A stretch of DNA of 63,323 nt, counting the filler, from Octopus bimaculoides (lineage: Eukaryota): the NCBI RefSeq assembly GCF_001194135.2. It is 3 parts of 3 records of this genome, joined end to end, with 100 filler letters (N's around TTAATTAATTAA, not from the genome) between each part and the next. Parts side by side here need not be neighbours in the genome. Positions count along the whole stretch, not along the records: positions 29,397 to 56,030 come from NC_068982.1; positions 56,131 to 63,323 come from NC_068997.1; 1 more part is not named here. One strand, given 5' to 3'. This document shows, in pieces, positions 51,370 through 63,323 of this stretch. The notes below the pieces were generated by a model. That model had not been told where the DNA came from. It searched no databases and saw only the letters and a list, made by a program, of their open reading frames with translations. The position numbers were made by a program, and so were the translations under genes. The number at the start of each line of letters is the position of its first letter. Position 1 is the stretch's first letter.

Positions 51370-51990
51370 ATGCATACGTATATATGATAGATCGCTAGCC
51401 ACTACACATTCTTTTTTTTTTCTCCTTGTTTTATTTTGCGTTCCTTTCTGTGGAAGAGCGTAGGCTCGAAACAGTAAAGACATTTTCACTTCCCGAGCAT
51501 TATACTAATACATCTGTTTGTTGTCTACACCACATGTCTTCGTCTTTTGTTTTTTGTGTAATTGTGTACCATTTCTCTGGTTTTTTTTTGTCCTTGTTTT
51601 TGTATACATTCGCTGCTTTCTTCCAAAGAATCTAATGCTCTTAGCTTATTTTTTCCTTGGGGCTGGCCAGATTGGAGCAATCTCGAGTATAATCAGCCAA
51701 AATTGCAAAGATAATCTGGAACTCGACTGAGGAAAGAAAACTCCGAATGACGCATCCTTGTTTTTNNNNNNNNNNATACATTCGCTGCTTTCTTCCAAAG
51801 AATCTAATGCTCTTAGCTTATTTTTTCCTTGGGGCTGGCCAGATTGGAGCAATCTCGAGTATAATCAGCCAAAATTGCAAAGATAATCTGGAACTCGACT
51901 GAGGAAAGAAAACTCCGAATGACGCATCCTTGTTTTTTCTTACACCCTTTTTTGTATCATCTAACTGTCTGGATGTTTTGCGTTCTTGTC
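51370..51990 (+). mobile_element. Family A PLE-terminus-like repeat (contains an assembly duplication)
   Basis: HHR segment plus CCCGAGCATTATACTAATAC, ending at (TA)n. Confidence 0.5.
51444..51480 (+). ncRNA. Decayed hammerhead-like motif (family A)
   Basis: CTTT-CTGTGGA-A-GAGC-GTAG-GCTC-GAAA-CAGTA-AAGA. Confidence 0.4.
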
Positions 51991-52008
51991 CCATTTTTTG
52001 TATTCCTT

Positions 52009-52044
<36 letters not shown>

Positions 52045-52425
52045 TGTGGGGGTATCGAAATATACATAAAAGTATACCATTCTAGGCAGTACGAAGTTTC
52101 GACCAACCTTAAACGAATCCATTTTCTCCAAAATAGACAAATGTCTTCTTTATCTCTTCTTGGACAAGAAGGTGGAGATTGGTCTCAACTGGTTTCGATT
52201 CTAGTTGGCGTTTCTTCAAATACCGACTACTCACCTGTATTTATTTACGGAGAAGGACATGTAGTCCATTGAAAGTCATAGGTAATAAATATTATGACAT
52301 TACTGGAATCAATAAGTACTGATTGCGTTAGTCAATGTTTTAAAGAACTAATGCACTAAAAAAGAGTATTCCGTTATGCTGAAAAGTAATTTCGAAGGTA
52401 TATGCTGTTCAATAGTTGACTATTA

Positions 52426-52655
52426 TCGAAGGCAGCGAGCCGGCAGAAGCGTTAGCACGCCGGGCGAAATGCTTAGCAGTATTTCGTCTATCTTTACGTT
52501 CTGAGTTCAAATTCCGCCGAGGTCGACTTTGCCTTTCATCCCTATGGGGGTCGATAAATTAAATACCAGTTGCATACTGGCGTCGATCTTAACGACTGCC
52601 CCTCACCAAAAAAAAAAAAAAAAAAATTCTGGCCTTGTACCTAGAGAAGAGAAAT
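52426..52655 (+). mobile_element. SINE family S1
   Basis: TSD AATA(G/T)TTGACTATTA at 52411-52425 and 52656-52670. Confidence 0.9.
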
Positions 52656-53338
52656 AATATTTGACTATTACCGTATTGAGTGATCCAATATTTTTAATAC
52701 ATATAAACATCTCTCCGTAGACAGAGAAAGGAAGATTGGACCGATCAGATTTTATCTTTCGCTGGGATTACTTCAAAGAACACGCACCTTTTTTTCTGGT
52801 CATGGAGTATGTTATACCGGATAGCTTTTTATAGTGACTAAATGTCGTCTGCCATACAGTCAATCATATAATTAATAATGAATCAAAGAGCATGAACTTG
52901 AAATCTTGAAATGTACATTAAAGTACACCATTACAATCATTATAAGTTGTAATTATCGCTGTCTTGTCCAATTGTATGCATTTGATATGTAAGCAAATGT
53001 CATTCATATTAGCACACGTTTGTAGGTATATGTGTATGTACATGCCTAATATCTTTTTATGCATGTTTTATTATACGTGTGCGTGTGTACATACATGTAA
53101 ATAGGTATTCATATAAGCACACGATTCCTGGACCAGGCGACGCGTTGCTAGTGCAGTTCTCCCCCCCCCCCTGCTGTCACACTCTCTTGCCTGGTCAATG
53201 GTACCAACACCGAGAGGGTGTTTATCTTGTCCGCATAGGCACAAAAGAAGGATCTAGGAAAAGTATGGTGCAAGTTATCAGGTCATATTCGCTTGTGAGC
53301 GCCATGTGTGTGTGTTTTATGTGTGTGTGTTTTGTGTA

Positions 53339-53369
<31 letters not shown>

Positions 53370-53576
53370 GTGTGTGTGTGTATTTTGTGTATGTGTGTAT
53401 TTCGTGTACGTGTATGTGTTCCATTAGAAATAATATTTCTAAATAATTTTTGAAAATCACTCCTAGAAAGAAAATGAAAGTTAAATAAGCCAAGAATCAT
53501 TATTAGACCAAAGACGTTGCACGTAAGAAGTTAAACGCTCGTTCTTTCAGACACACTATTTATATAAATGCCGATT

Positions 53577-53624
53577 GAGTATTCGCTGATGAGGTCTAAA
53601 ACGACCGAAACATGTCCATTACTT
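53577..53624 (+). ncRNA. Minimal type I hammerhead ribozyme motif (family C)
   Basis: CTGATGA-GGTC-TAAAAC-GACC-GAAA-CATG-TC: canonical core, palindromic ACATGT stem III, GUC triplet; stem I is imperfect (GAGTATTCG / CATTACTT). Confidence 0.65.
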
Positions 53625-53883
53625 TAAATAAAACGCTTTAAAAGTCAAAACTATTGAATTTATATCGTCTACATTATCTAAACATTTTGAACAAATTATT
53701 TTGTTGGAGCTTTCTCTCATGTTTAGTCGATCAAAATTTTCAGCTGTGTCTATTACAGATATGTAACTATACCGTTTTTGTATATATTATGCAGAACGCG
53801 CTCTTATGATATTTTCTCTTATAAATATTGTTGACATTCATTATCAGCGTCACTATATTTCACTCACATTCACTTAATTTCTA

Positions 53884-53930
<47 letters not shown>

Positions 53931-53949
53931 AACACATGCAAACTTGCCA

Positions 53950-54400
53950 TCTGAGTATTATATGACTAGTATATGCTTCTTTGAAGATGTCTAAGAACCC
54001 AAAACGTCTGTTGTTTTCACTCACTTCAAGCGACTTCACTAATTGCTTGAGTAATCTCAGCTCGTAAGGAATTTCACTTGACAATTTTCCTCATGTGAGA
54101 CCCTGCTACATTTGTACGTAATAATGAGAAAATTTACCTGAGTTATATTCCGAGAAAAATGAGTTTTGTAGTTACGGTTTCTTCTGTAACTACAGCTACA
54201 AAGAATCTGTTTACTTGTTGAGCTGTTGTTTTCGTTCTGTTCCTCGGTTGAGTTGTTGTTGTTGATGACCAGCCATGTTGCTTGTAGTAACTCTCCGCAT
54301 GGAAAATTCAAGCTTCAGTCGAAAATCACAAAGATTTTGAATAAAAGACTCCCTCAGTTAATTCATCTGAAGATTAACCAGTTATTTAACAAGGCTGATA
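53950..54400 (-). mobile_element. Possible Chapaev3-like transposase remnant
   Basis: CGELL..QHG and IPYELRLLKQLVKSLEV weakly resemble CGDLK...LLGQQSG and PLHIKLGLMKQFVKALD. Confidence 0.3.
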
Positions 54401-54861
54401 TTTGCGGCTTCAAAGGTGGAGATAGTATTCATCGTATTTTCGATAAATAGTCTCCAACTCCAAATATACGACCTGTCGCTCCGAGTTCGAAATGTATGTG
54501 TGTATGTATGTATGTATGTATGTGTGTAAGTATGTATGTACTATGTACGTATACGCGTATGTATGTACGTACGTTAGTATGTTCGTATGCATGTATGTGA
54601 GGCGCAGCCTTTTGTTTCAAACCTGTTCCATTAAAGACATAATTATGATTGAGTTGTTGTAGTCGCGATTACGATCTTCCTTATTAACAGATTTTTATTA
54701 GTTATTTATATTTAGTTTTGACTAATAGCTTTACTATATCCAATAATCAAACACCGTTCTCAGATCACGTCCTCATCATCAGAAGGAAATGAAAATACAC
54801 ACACACGCACGCACACACGCACACACACGCACATACACACACACTCACACACACACACTCA

Positions 54862-54901
<40 letters not shown>

Positions 54902-55010
54902 ATTTGCCTGTACAGCTTTACACTCGCGGCCACTAACGTTATCATTTTTAGAATATCGTTCTTTTATATATATTTGTGTATGTGTGTGTGTGTGTGCGTG
55001 CGTGTGTGTG

Positions 55011-55071
<61 letters not shown>

Positions 55072-55094
55072 ATGCGCGCGCGCGTTTGTGTGTA

Positions 55095-55957
55095 CAGGGT
55101 GCAGTGAATAAATTGTCGTCTAAATTACGCAAAACTGAAAATAACACTGACTTCTCATTTTAACAGATATATCTACCAAAATTACATAAAAATATATTGA
55201 AATACCAAAGAGTAAATTCATTCAATAGAATCGCCATTGGCTTCAACCACAACCTCCAAACGACTTCGGAATCTTCTCCAACTCTTCTGGACGGTCTCCT
55301 TGTTTGTTGGTGAATGCTGTCATAAACCTTTCCTTCAGTTCATCTTTGGTCTCGCTCAACTGTGCCCCACATATAATAATCAAGGGGGTTCCAGGCTGAG
55401 GAGCTAGGCGATCAGATGTTAGGGGTGGTGTAGTTGCAGAAATTATCTGACAGCCATGACTGGATTCTCCTCCTTGTATGGCATAGTGTAAAATTTTCTT
55501 GCCAGACATAGGGTCTTCCAGCAGCCACCCTCTCGACCCAGGGCAGCACTACCTCCTTCAGGCACTTGATGTAGGACCCAGCGTTGAGTCTAAGGCCGTA
55601 TGAGATGAATGGGAGCGTAACGTCACCATCACTACTGATCACTCCAAACGTCATGACGTTGACTGGCTGTTTTGATTTTTATCGCTCTGGCTACATGTTT
55701 TGGAGGCACAGCAAGTCAACGGTCATTCTGTGTATTCACCATCTGTTCGTATTGAAGCTGCCAGCGCGAATGGCAAGCAGTACGGCATGTCGCTCCGAAT
55801 TTCTCTTTGAGTGAATCGTGTCATAGTGGGGTTTTTTTACACAGACAGTGCCCAACTGACCCAACTATACTGTGTAGTTGACAAAATCGAATCCAAACAA
55901 TGCACATGCGGGAAAATTAAAAATATAAAATAGCCACAATTTACCCATTGCACCCGG
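55095..55957 (-). mobile_element. maT (DD37D)-type Tc1/mariner, internally deleted
   Basis: Imperfect TIRs CAGGGTGCAGTGAATAAATTGT / CCGGGTGCAATGGGTAAATTGT, TA on the left flank; transposase remnant FGVISSDGDV...GRPYVWQE...SWLSDNFC...NPLDYMWG. Confidence 0.85.
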
Positions 55958-56130
55958 TTTATATATATGTGTGTGTATATTTATATGTACGTATGTATGT
56001 ATATATGCATGTATATATATATATATATATNNNNNNNNNNNNNNNNNNNNNNNNNNNNNNNNNNNNNNNNNNNNTTAATTAATTAANNNNNNNNNNNNNN
56101 NNNNNNNNNNNNNNNNNNNNNNNNNNNNNN

Positions 56131-56184
<54 letters not shown>

Positions 56185-56190
56185 GTACAG

Positions 56191-56360
56191 ACGAGGCTGC
56201 TCTGGAAAGTTCATAGATTGGTAATAAAGGAGTGGTGCTAAAGCTGCGAAATCTTGCATGCATTAATTCAACTCATCTTATTAATAACTGCATTGTTTCT
56301 TTCCAGATAAACTGACAACTGCTCAAAGAAGACTTCAAAAGTAACTAGTCGCCAAATGTC
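56191..56360 (+). mobile_element. Mariner-like left-end fragment
   Basis: Begins ACGAGGCTGCTCTGGAAAGTTC, similar to mariner TIRs; abuts the Tc1 remnant. Confidence 0.4.
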
Positions 56361-57420
56361 ATTCGTAATTTGAACGTATCAGGTATGACCCAATTGTCAG
56401 CAGTGCAGAGAGAACAAGCTATCGGCTTATTGCAAGCAGGGCAGTGTTCTCTGGTTGTTGCGAAAGCTTACAATGTCCATGTCAGCACCATCTATCGTCT
56501 ACAACAGCGATACAACAACACCAACAGCACTGCAGACCGTGTCCGTAGAGGGCGCCCCCGGCTGACCACGCCCAGGCAGGACCGCTTCATCCACCTGCAA
56601 CACCTCCGTGATCGCTTCAGACCGGCCAGCGTGACAGCTCGCGAGACCATTGACAATGGACAGCGACCCATCAGCGTTTCCACCTCGGATGGCAGAATGA
56701 GGGTATGGCGTAGGAGGGGTGAACGATACAGAGACGCATGTCATGAAGCGAGACGTGTGGGGTGGCCAAAGCATCATAGTTTGGGGTGTTATAGGCCTGA
56801 ATCAGAGAATTGGGCCCCATGTGTTCCAAAATGTTGGTGCAGGCAGAGGGAATGGCATCAGCGCAGCACTACGTTGACCAGGTCCTAAGACTTCACATCG
56901 TGCCCTTTTTCGCGCATCACCATAGCCACGTGTTCCAGCAGGACAATGGTCCCTCCCACACGGCCAGGGTCACCATGTACTTCCTGCGTTAGCACAACAA
57001 CAGAACCATGCACAAATCAGCTCAGATTTGAACCCAATTGAACATCTGTGGGATGAAATTCAGAGATGGCTGAACCAGATGGTTCCAAGGCCGACAACTC
57101 GTGTAGAACTGGAGGCAGCTTCCTTCAGGGCGTAGGAACAGGTGCCAATGGCTTTTGTGAACCACCTGATGCATTCCATGTACCGACGGTGTACGGCCGT
57201 TTGAACATCCAGTGAGGGCATACATGGTATCGAACATGTCACGCCCTACAATCTCGATCCGCCTACTACGAGAACACATAACAACGACCCATAGACTGTG
57301 GTCAAAGTGCATCCAAGAAACTGACTTTATCAGATTTATCAAAATTTATCTCCGACATAATGAAATTAAAACATATTTCACAATCACACACGTCTCGCGT
57401 TTCTTTTGCGGTTCAGTGTA
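56361..57420 (+). mobile_element. Tc1-like transposase pseudogene
   Basis: Paired-like HTH MTQLSAVQREQAIGLL...HVSTIYRL...GRPRLTT; SDGRMRVWRRRGERY; FQQDNGPSHTA; DLNPIEHLWDEI; right TIR TTCTTTTGCGGTTCAGTG-TA. First catalytic Asp region deleted; stops and frameshifts. Confidence 0.9.
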
Positions 57421-57699
57421 TTTGTATATGTATGTTTGTGTATGTGAACGTCTCTATGTCCATGTCCTTAGCGACGAAAGCTCTATCCACTCAGAAATAC
57501 TATAAATGCAAATACTAAATACTAAATACTATATACGTGAGATCACGTAAGGCTAGAGATGGGAGTGATGGCCTCGCAAATGCTATATGGACACAGACTG
57601 TGTGTCGATGGTCAGCTGGAAAAGATGTTTTCCTGGGGCTCACAACAGTAACATCGTCCTTTATAAAACTGACACATACTGTTGGCGTATGAACTTTAC

Positions 57700-57735
<36 letters not shown>

Positions 57736-58774
57736 AAAGTTTTGAATGGTACAACAATGCACTATAATATAAAAAATGGACTAAATACCTGTTGTAGTTT
57801 AGCTATCCAAAGTCCGATGATATTTCGGAATACAATTCATTCCTCAGATATTCTTAGATGGNNNNNNNNNNNNNNNNNNNNNNNNNNNNNNNNNNNNNNN
57901 NNNNNNNNNNNNNNNNNNNNNNNNNNNNNNNNNNNNNNNNNNNNNNNNNNNNNNNNNNNNNNNNNNNNNNNNNNNNNNNNNNNNNNNNNNNNNNNNNNNN
58001 NNNNNNNNNNNNNNNNNNNNNNNNNNNNNNNNNNNNNNNNNNNNNNNNNNNNNNNNNNNNNNNNNNNNNNNNNNNNNNNNNNNNNNNNNNNNNNNNNNNN
58101 NNNNNNNNNNNNNNNNNNNNNNNNNNNNNNNNNNNNNNNNNNNNNNNNNNNNNNNNNNNNNNNNNNNNNNNNNNNNNNNNNNNNNNNNNNNNNNNNNNNN
58201 NNNNNNNNNNNNNNNNNNNNNNNNNNNNNNNNNNNNNNNNNNNNNNNNNNNNNNNNNNNNNNNNNNNNNNNNNNTATATATATATATATATACATGCATA
58301 CACACACATATATGCGTGTGTGTATGCATTTATGTATATTTGTATATGTATGTCTGCATGTAAATGTTTCTTTGTCCATGTCTGTGTTCATGTTTACACC
58401 GGTTAAAAAGATATTGTGTTTATGTTGAATTTCTGGCCTACAAGTTAGCAGTTCGATAAGTAGAGAATGATAAAGTAAATGCCAGAAAGAAATATGTACA
58501 GTGGTCTATATAATGAAGGTGATACCCGAGTATGGTCGCAGTCAACGAAAGAAGAAACGAATAATGCAATTCAAAACAACTCAAATTCTACTCAAGAAAC
58601 AGATGAAACAACAATAATAGAAACAACAAAGAAATACCACAGCAACGTTGAAAAACATTGAAGATGCAAACACGAAATAATAAATACGATATAATGGTTA
58701 TACACAGTTGAAGAAGACAGAAGTGTACCTGCTGGTTAAAAAGTAACTTGCCTCAGACCACTGATAGTGATAAC

Positions 58775-58985
58775 GATTTCAAATTTTTAGCAGGCCAGTA
58801 ATTTCAAGGGGGAATGTAAGTCCATTATATCGACCCCAGTGTTCAACTGGTACTTAATTTATCGATCCCGAAAGTATGAAATGCAAAGTCGACTTCGGCG
58901 GAATTTGAACTCAGAACGTAAAGATGGACGAAATGCCGCTAAGCATTTTGCCCAGCGTGCGAACGATTCTGCCAGCTTATGGCCA
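58775..58985 (-). mobile_element. SINE family S1
   Basis: Same core. Confidence 0.85.
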
Positions 58986-60444
58986 GTTTACTACCTTCAA
59001 CTGTTGATAATGATAATAAAAAGAGTTGCTTCCTTTTATTTCAGCAGTTTATCATTTATCATAATGCTTCACTTAGCAATGATTTCTAATAGCGATTTAT
59101 GTTTACCGCTGAGTCTGAGGAGAAAGAGCAGCGTTTATGCCTCTTTTCATGAGCCCCGAGATTGTGGGAAATGAACGGAGAGAGCTGACCATACATAGAT
59201 GGCCTGGTGGTCTGAAAGTTTATGTAAAAACAGAATCCTCAAAAGACATTCAAGTGTTAGGCGATGGTTTTTAACCGGGAGACCTTAAAAATCAACAGAA
59301 ATATATGATTACTATGTATTTTTTGACTATAAATGGATGAAAACAAAGTGAACACCAGTGGGTTTGAATTCAGAATTATAGAAGCAGAACAAACAGAAAT
59401 GTGTTTTAGTTTTCTAACATTTTTGCCATAGTATTAAAACAGGAATGATATACAAATTAATGTAGTCTTAGATAAACAGTATGTGTGACTAAAAGATGGA
59501 ATGATGACATGTGGAATGTCTTTGAAAATAGGTCTGGTTTGTCTGGGCAGCTGAGACTAAAGAATAACATGTTGATTTCACAATAGAGTTAAAATATTTG
59601 TATTCATTACGCATTTATGTGTATATTCAAGAATGCGTGTATGTGTGTATATGTTTGTCTTTTCGTTTACTTTATTCATTTAAAACATTTTATCATGTTT
59701 TATCATCTTTACCCTTGCACAAATTGATTCAAGCTGTGGAATGCAAGTTGGTCTTTTCAGTCCATTATAAGAGAATCCCATATTTTCTAGATAATTGTGT
59801 AAACATTGTGTTACATAAGATGGTACATCAATGAATGAGTGTGAATGAGTACCTGTAATCAGAGTTAGTGTAGTTCTATGCAATGAAGCTTAAGGGTATG
59901 TGTACATGTGATCAGGGGACATAACTTACGGCTATGAATATAAATAAGAAACTATAATTAAAGTAAATAGTTGTAAGATGAAATTGTGCATATCTACGTA
60001 TATTTCGACTGATGTAAGAATAAATGTGTGTGCATAATTGCAGCTTTGTGTGAACAGTAGAGTGAGTAATTATTCAATAGATTTGTTGTGAAATGCTGTA
60101 TTCAGTAAGGGTAAGTTTTCAAATCCTAGATTGGCATTCACTTTCAGAGGTGAACTGATGGCTTTACCCGTTGGAGCTAGCATTTTCTGCCATGCCATAT
60201 GACATGCAACCATCTCAAACGAAAAACACGTTTAGGCATTGTAGTCCCAGGTAGACTGAGAGAAAGAGAGGTCGAGAAAGAGGAGATGGAGAGAGAGAGA
60301 GAGAGCGAGAGAGAAGAAGGGAGGAAGAGAGATAAGGAGAAGGTGACTATAAGCTAATGGTTATAGAAACAAATAAATGCACACAGAATGAAAGAAGTTC
60401 TGAAGTAGCTATAGAGAAAGAAATGCAATCTACGTGTGTTCATA

Positions 60445-60511
<67 letters not shown>

Positions 60512-60798
60512 CCTGTCTGTTTATTAAAAAAAAAGCGCAAAAAATAAAGATGCATTAAATCGTTGATAATGCCACCACATTCTTCAAATTTATTTCTAAT
60601 ATACTCTGCGCTTAATACACCGAATTTATTTGGTGTTCGACTCTTGGATTTACAAATGGGACTTATCACAGGAAGCGAATTACAACCTACATAGATTACT
60701 GTGGTCTCAACTGGACAGTTTTTTTTAGCCGGCTTCGATTTGTATACAGAGCTTAAAGAGCTATTCGTCTGGATTTATGGTATCCCTATTTTCCTTCA

Positions 60799-60863
<65 letters not shown>

Positions 60864-60960
60864 GTCTGTATGTCTGTCTGTCTGTCTGTCTGTCTGTCTC
60901 AGAATTTGACCATATATATGTTGGAAGTTAGGTATCTAAGTACTTCTACTGTGAGGTATA

Positions 60961-60993
60961 TCTTACTATAATGGGCGTTATGTCCGTCCGTCC

Positions 60994-61059
<66 letters not shown>

Positions 61060-61355
61060 TCCCTCTTCACGGTCAAACGACTGGACAAATGGTCACGATG
61101 TTTTTCGGGATTACGAAGGAGGTAATCAGGAAGGTTTTTAGCGAAAAAATGTGGAAAAAGTATGATTATTTAGTGGCAATTCGGTTCCGTATTGGAGTTT
61201 TGTATTAATAAATCACTTCTGATGTTTTTTTGTTAAAATTCCGGCGACGAGGATTAACTCTGGATTCTCCACTCCCCATACAGTCCGTGAACTTAGGGGG
61301 TTTAAATTTGCGATACTATCCCTTTGTTTCCCATCGTAGATGGGCAGATTTGCTA
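60961..61355 (+). mobile_element. Non-autonomous Helitron-like element H1
   Basis: Starts A|TCTTACTATAAT, has (GTCC)n(GTCT)n near the 5' end, and ends with hairpin CCCATC-GTA-GATGGG followed by CAGATTTGCTA. Confidence 0.6.
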
Positions 61356-62008
61356 CCTTACTATAATAGGCGTTATTGTCCATCTGTCCGTCTCTTTGTC
61401 TATTCCCACTCCACGGCCAGATGGCTGGACCAATGGTTACGATATTTTTCGGGATTACAAAGACGATCGTCAGGAAAGTTTTTAGAATTTAAAAATCAGA
61501 AAGTATGATTATTTCATGGATATCGATTTTTGAATTCATAAACCACCTTCACATTTTTATTAAAATTTCACCGACTACGAGTAACTCTGAATTTTCATCA
61601 TAGAGTACGTAACCCCATCGTAGATACGAAGGGAGTCGCGAGGACAGTTAATAGCGAAAATAAAATGAAGAAAATGTGTGTCAGTATATAATGTGTGTGA
61701 TTATTTAGTGGTTATTGAAGTGTGTCTCGAGCAGGTTTCGAAACGGCTAATCGAAGCGGCTGTTGTTTACATCTCAGTTTAGTCAATCAATATAACCCAT
61801 GATACCAGAACATCCGGACATTATTCGCATAGAACAGTGAGAGGTAAGTCTTAGCTTGATCTTTTCGCAACCCTAAAGATTCCGCTCGCGCATTCACAGC
61901 AAACTAGGCACACGGCTACACTTTAGAGCGTGTAGGTGTATTTTTACCCACTCTGATGTTTACACACGGCCAGTTATACGTCGCTATGTGTAGCGCAACG
62001 GACTCCAG
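61356..62008 (+). mobile_element. Non-autonomous Helitron-like element H2
   Basis: Its 5' ~270 nt is homologous to H1 (CCTTACTATAAT...TTTTTCGGGATTAC...AAAGTATGATTATTT); 3' hairpin CGCTA-TGTG-TAGCG, then CCAG|T. Confidence 0.55.
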
Positions 62009-62177
62009 TAATTTGAAAATTTGTGTCGACCAAACAGAAAATATCGTCTACAAAGAAGTTTTATAATGATATTGATATTATCAAAAGGAATATGATACAT
62101 AGTTTGAATAAGGAAATTTGTGAACTTTGAACGTATAAGAGTATAAACAAGCATAACATAGTGTAAACAACTAAAAT

Positions 62178-62565
62178 TGTTGTTGTTGGCACTCCGTCGC
62201 TTACGACGTCGAGGGTTCCAGTTGATCCGATCAACGGAACAGCCTGCTCGTGAAATTAATGTGCAAGTGGCTGAGCACTCCACAGACACGTGTATCCTTA
62301 ACGTAGTTCTCGGGGATATTCAGCGTGACACAGTGTGATAAGGCTGATCCTTTGAATTACTGGCACAACAGAAACAGGGAGTAAGAGTGAGAGAAAGTTG
62401 TGGTGGAAGAGTACAGCAGGGTTCGCCACCATCCCCTGCCGGAGCCTCGTGGAGTTTTAGGTGCTTTCGCTCAATAAACACTCACAACGCCCGGTCTAGG
62501 AATCGAAACCGCGATCCTATGACCGCGAGTCCGTTGCCCTAACCACTAGGCCATTGCGCCTCCAC
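62178..62565 (-). mobile_element. Full-length tRNA-derived SINE with (AAC)n tail
   Basis: Perfect 13-bp TSD AAACAACTAAAAT at 62165-62177 and 62566-62578. Confidence 0.92.
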
Positions 62566-63047
62566 AAACAACTAAAATAAAAGTATATCTCAATAGCATA
62601 TTTTTCTTCATACTTTTTATGTAGTGGTCGAAAGAAGCTCTGGCTTTCATTAGGAGTGGTCCACATAACCATTCATAGTACAGAGGATGGGAGCTTATTT
62701 CAGTTCGGGAGTGAATCGTCATCACATGTCACTTAGTCGCAAACACATGTCATTTGGCTGCAATGGAATGCTGCATCACCAACAATAATGTGATTTCTCT
62801 AAGACATCATCCAGTAATCTATCGAATCCATTTACACATCTTTCAATACATACTGATGGTATGACTTCCCTCCCTCATTTTATACCTCCATTGTAGATGG
62901 GTAGATTTGCTAGTAATCAGAAAACTGCTCCATGCACCTTTAACAATAACTTAAAATGTTCTACGTTGCGACATAATTAATAAGGAACTGATTTAAATGA
63001 TTAAAAAAATCTCAAAACATATGTAAAAATCACACACACGCACACGT

Positions 63048-63101
<54 letters not shown>

Positions 63102-63323
63102 GTGTGCGTGAGTTTGTTNNNNNNNNNNCACACACACACAGTGTGCGTGAGTTTGTTTGTGCGCGTGTGTGTGTGTGTGTGTGTGTACTTGCAAGTACAG
63201 GATATACATATTCACAGATATAGGTACACCCCAACACACGTATATATGTATGCATATATGTTATACACACACACACACACACACGCGCGCACGCACGCAC
63301 ACACACACACACACACACACACA

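Noticed and set aside
51600-51940. Perfect ~160-bp tandem duplication
   Set aside because: The two identical copies flank a 10-N gap, typical of an unmerged contig overlap. The same applies near 63100-63150.
54167-54192. 10-bp hairpin GTAGTTACGG/CTGTAACTAC
   Set aside because: Short, lies inside a probable transposon remnant, and is plausible by chance in 63 kb.

Overview
Repeat-rich, AT-rich animal genomic DNA with many N gaps. The SINE families and microsatellite spectrum suggest an octopod cephalopod such as Octopus (inference). The only host gene I can support is the 3' part of a class A (rhodopsin-like, neuropeptide-type) GPCR on the + strand. It has three exons (38401-38499, 48315-48423, 50201-50304) that splice in frame into TM6 (CWLP), TM7 (NPVIY), helix 8 and a short tail; I could not find the TM1-TM5 exons. 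The rest is mobile DNA: three or more tRNA-derived SINE families, Penelope-like element (PLE) RT and GIY-YIG remnants, LINE and Ty3/Gypsy fragments, Tc1 and maT transposons, a MITE and tandem Helitron-like elements. Two observations stand out. (1) There are seven minimal hammerhead-ribozyme (HHR)-like motifs; one sits inside a 298-bp tRNA-headed element with its own target-site duplication (TSD), a candidate ribozyme-bearing SINE possibly mobilised by PLEs. (2) A TIR-bounded SAP+SWIM DNA transposon derivative (ISL2EU-like) is inserted cleanly into a Penelope RT. Most ORFs in the supplied track are microsatellite or N-gap artefacts. All alignments were done by eye; no searches were run.
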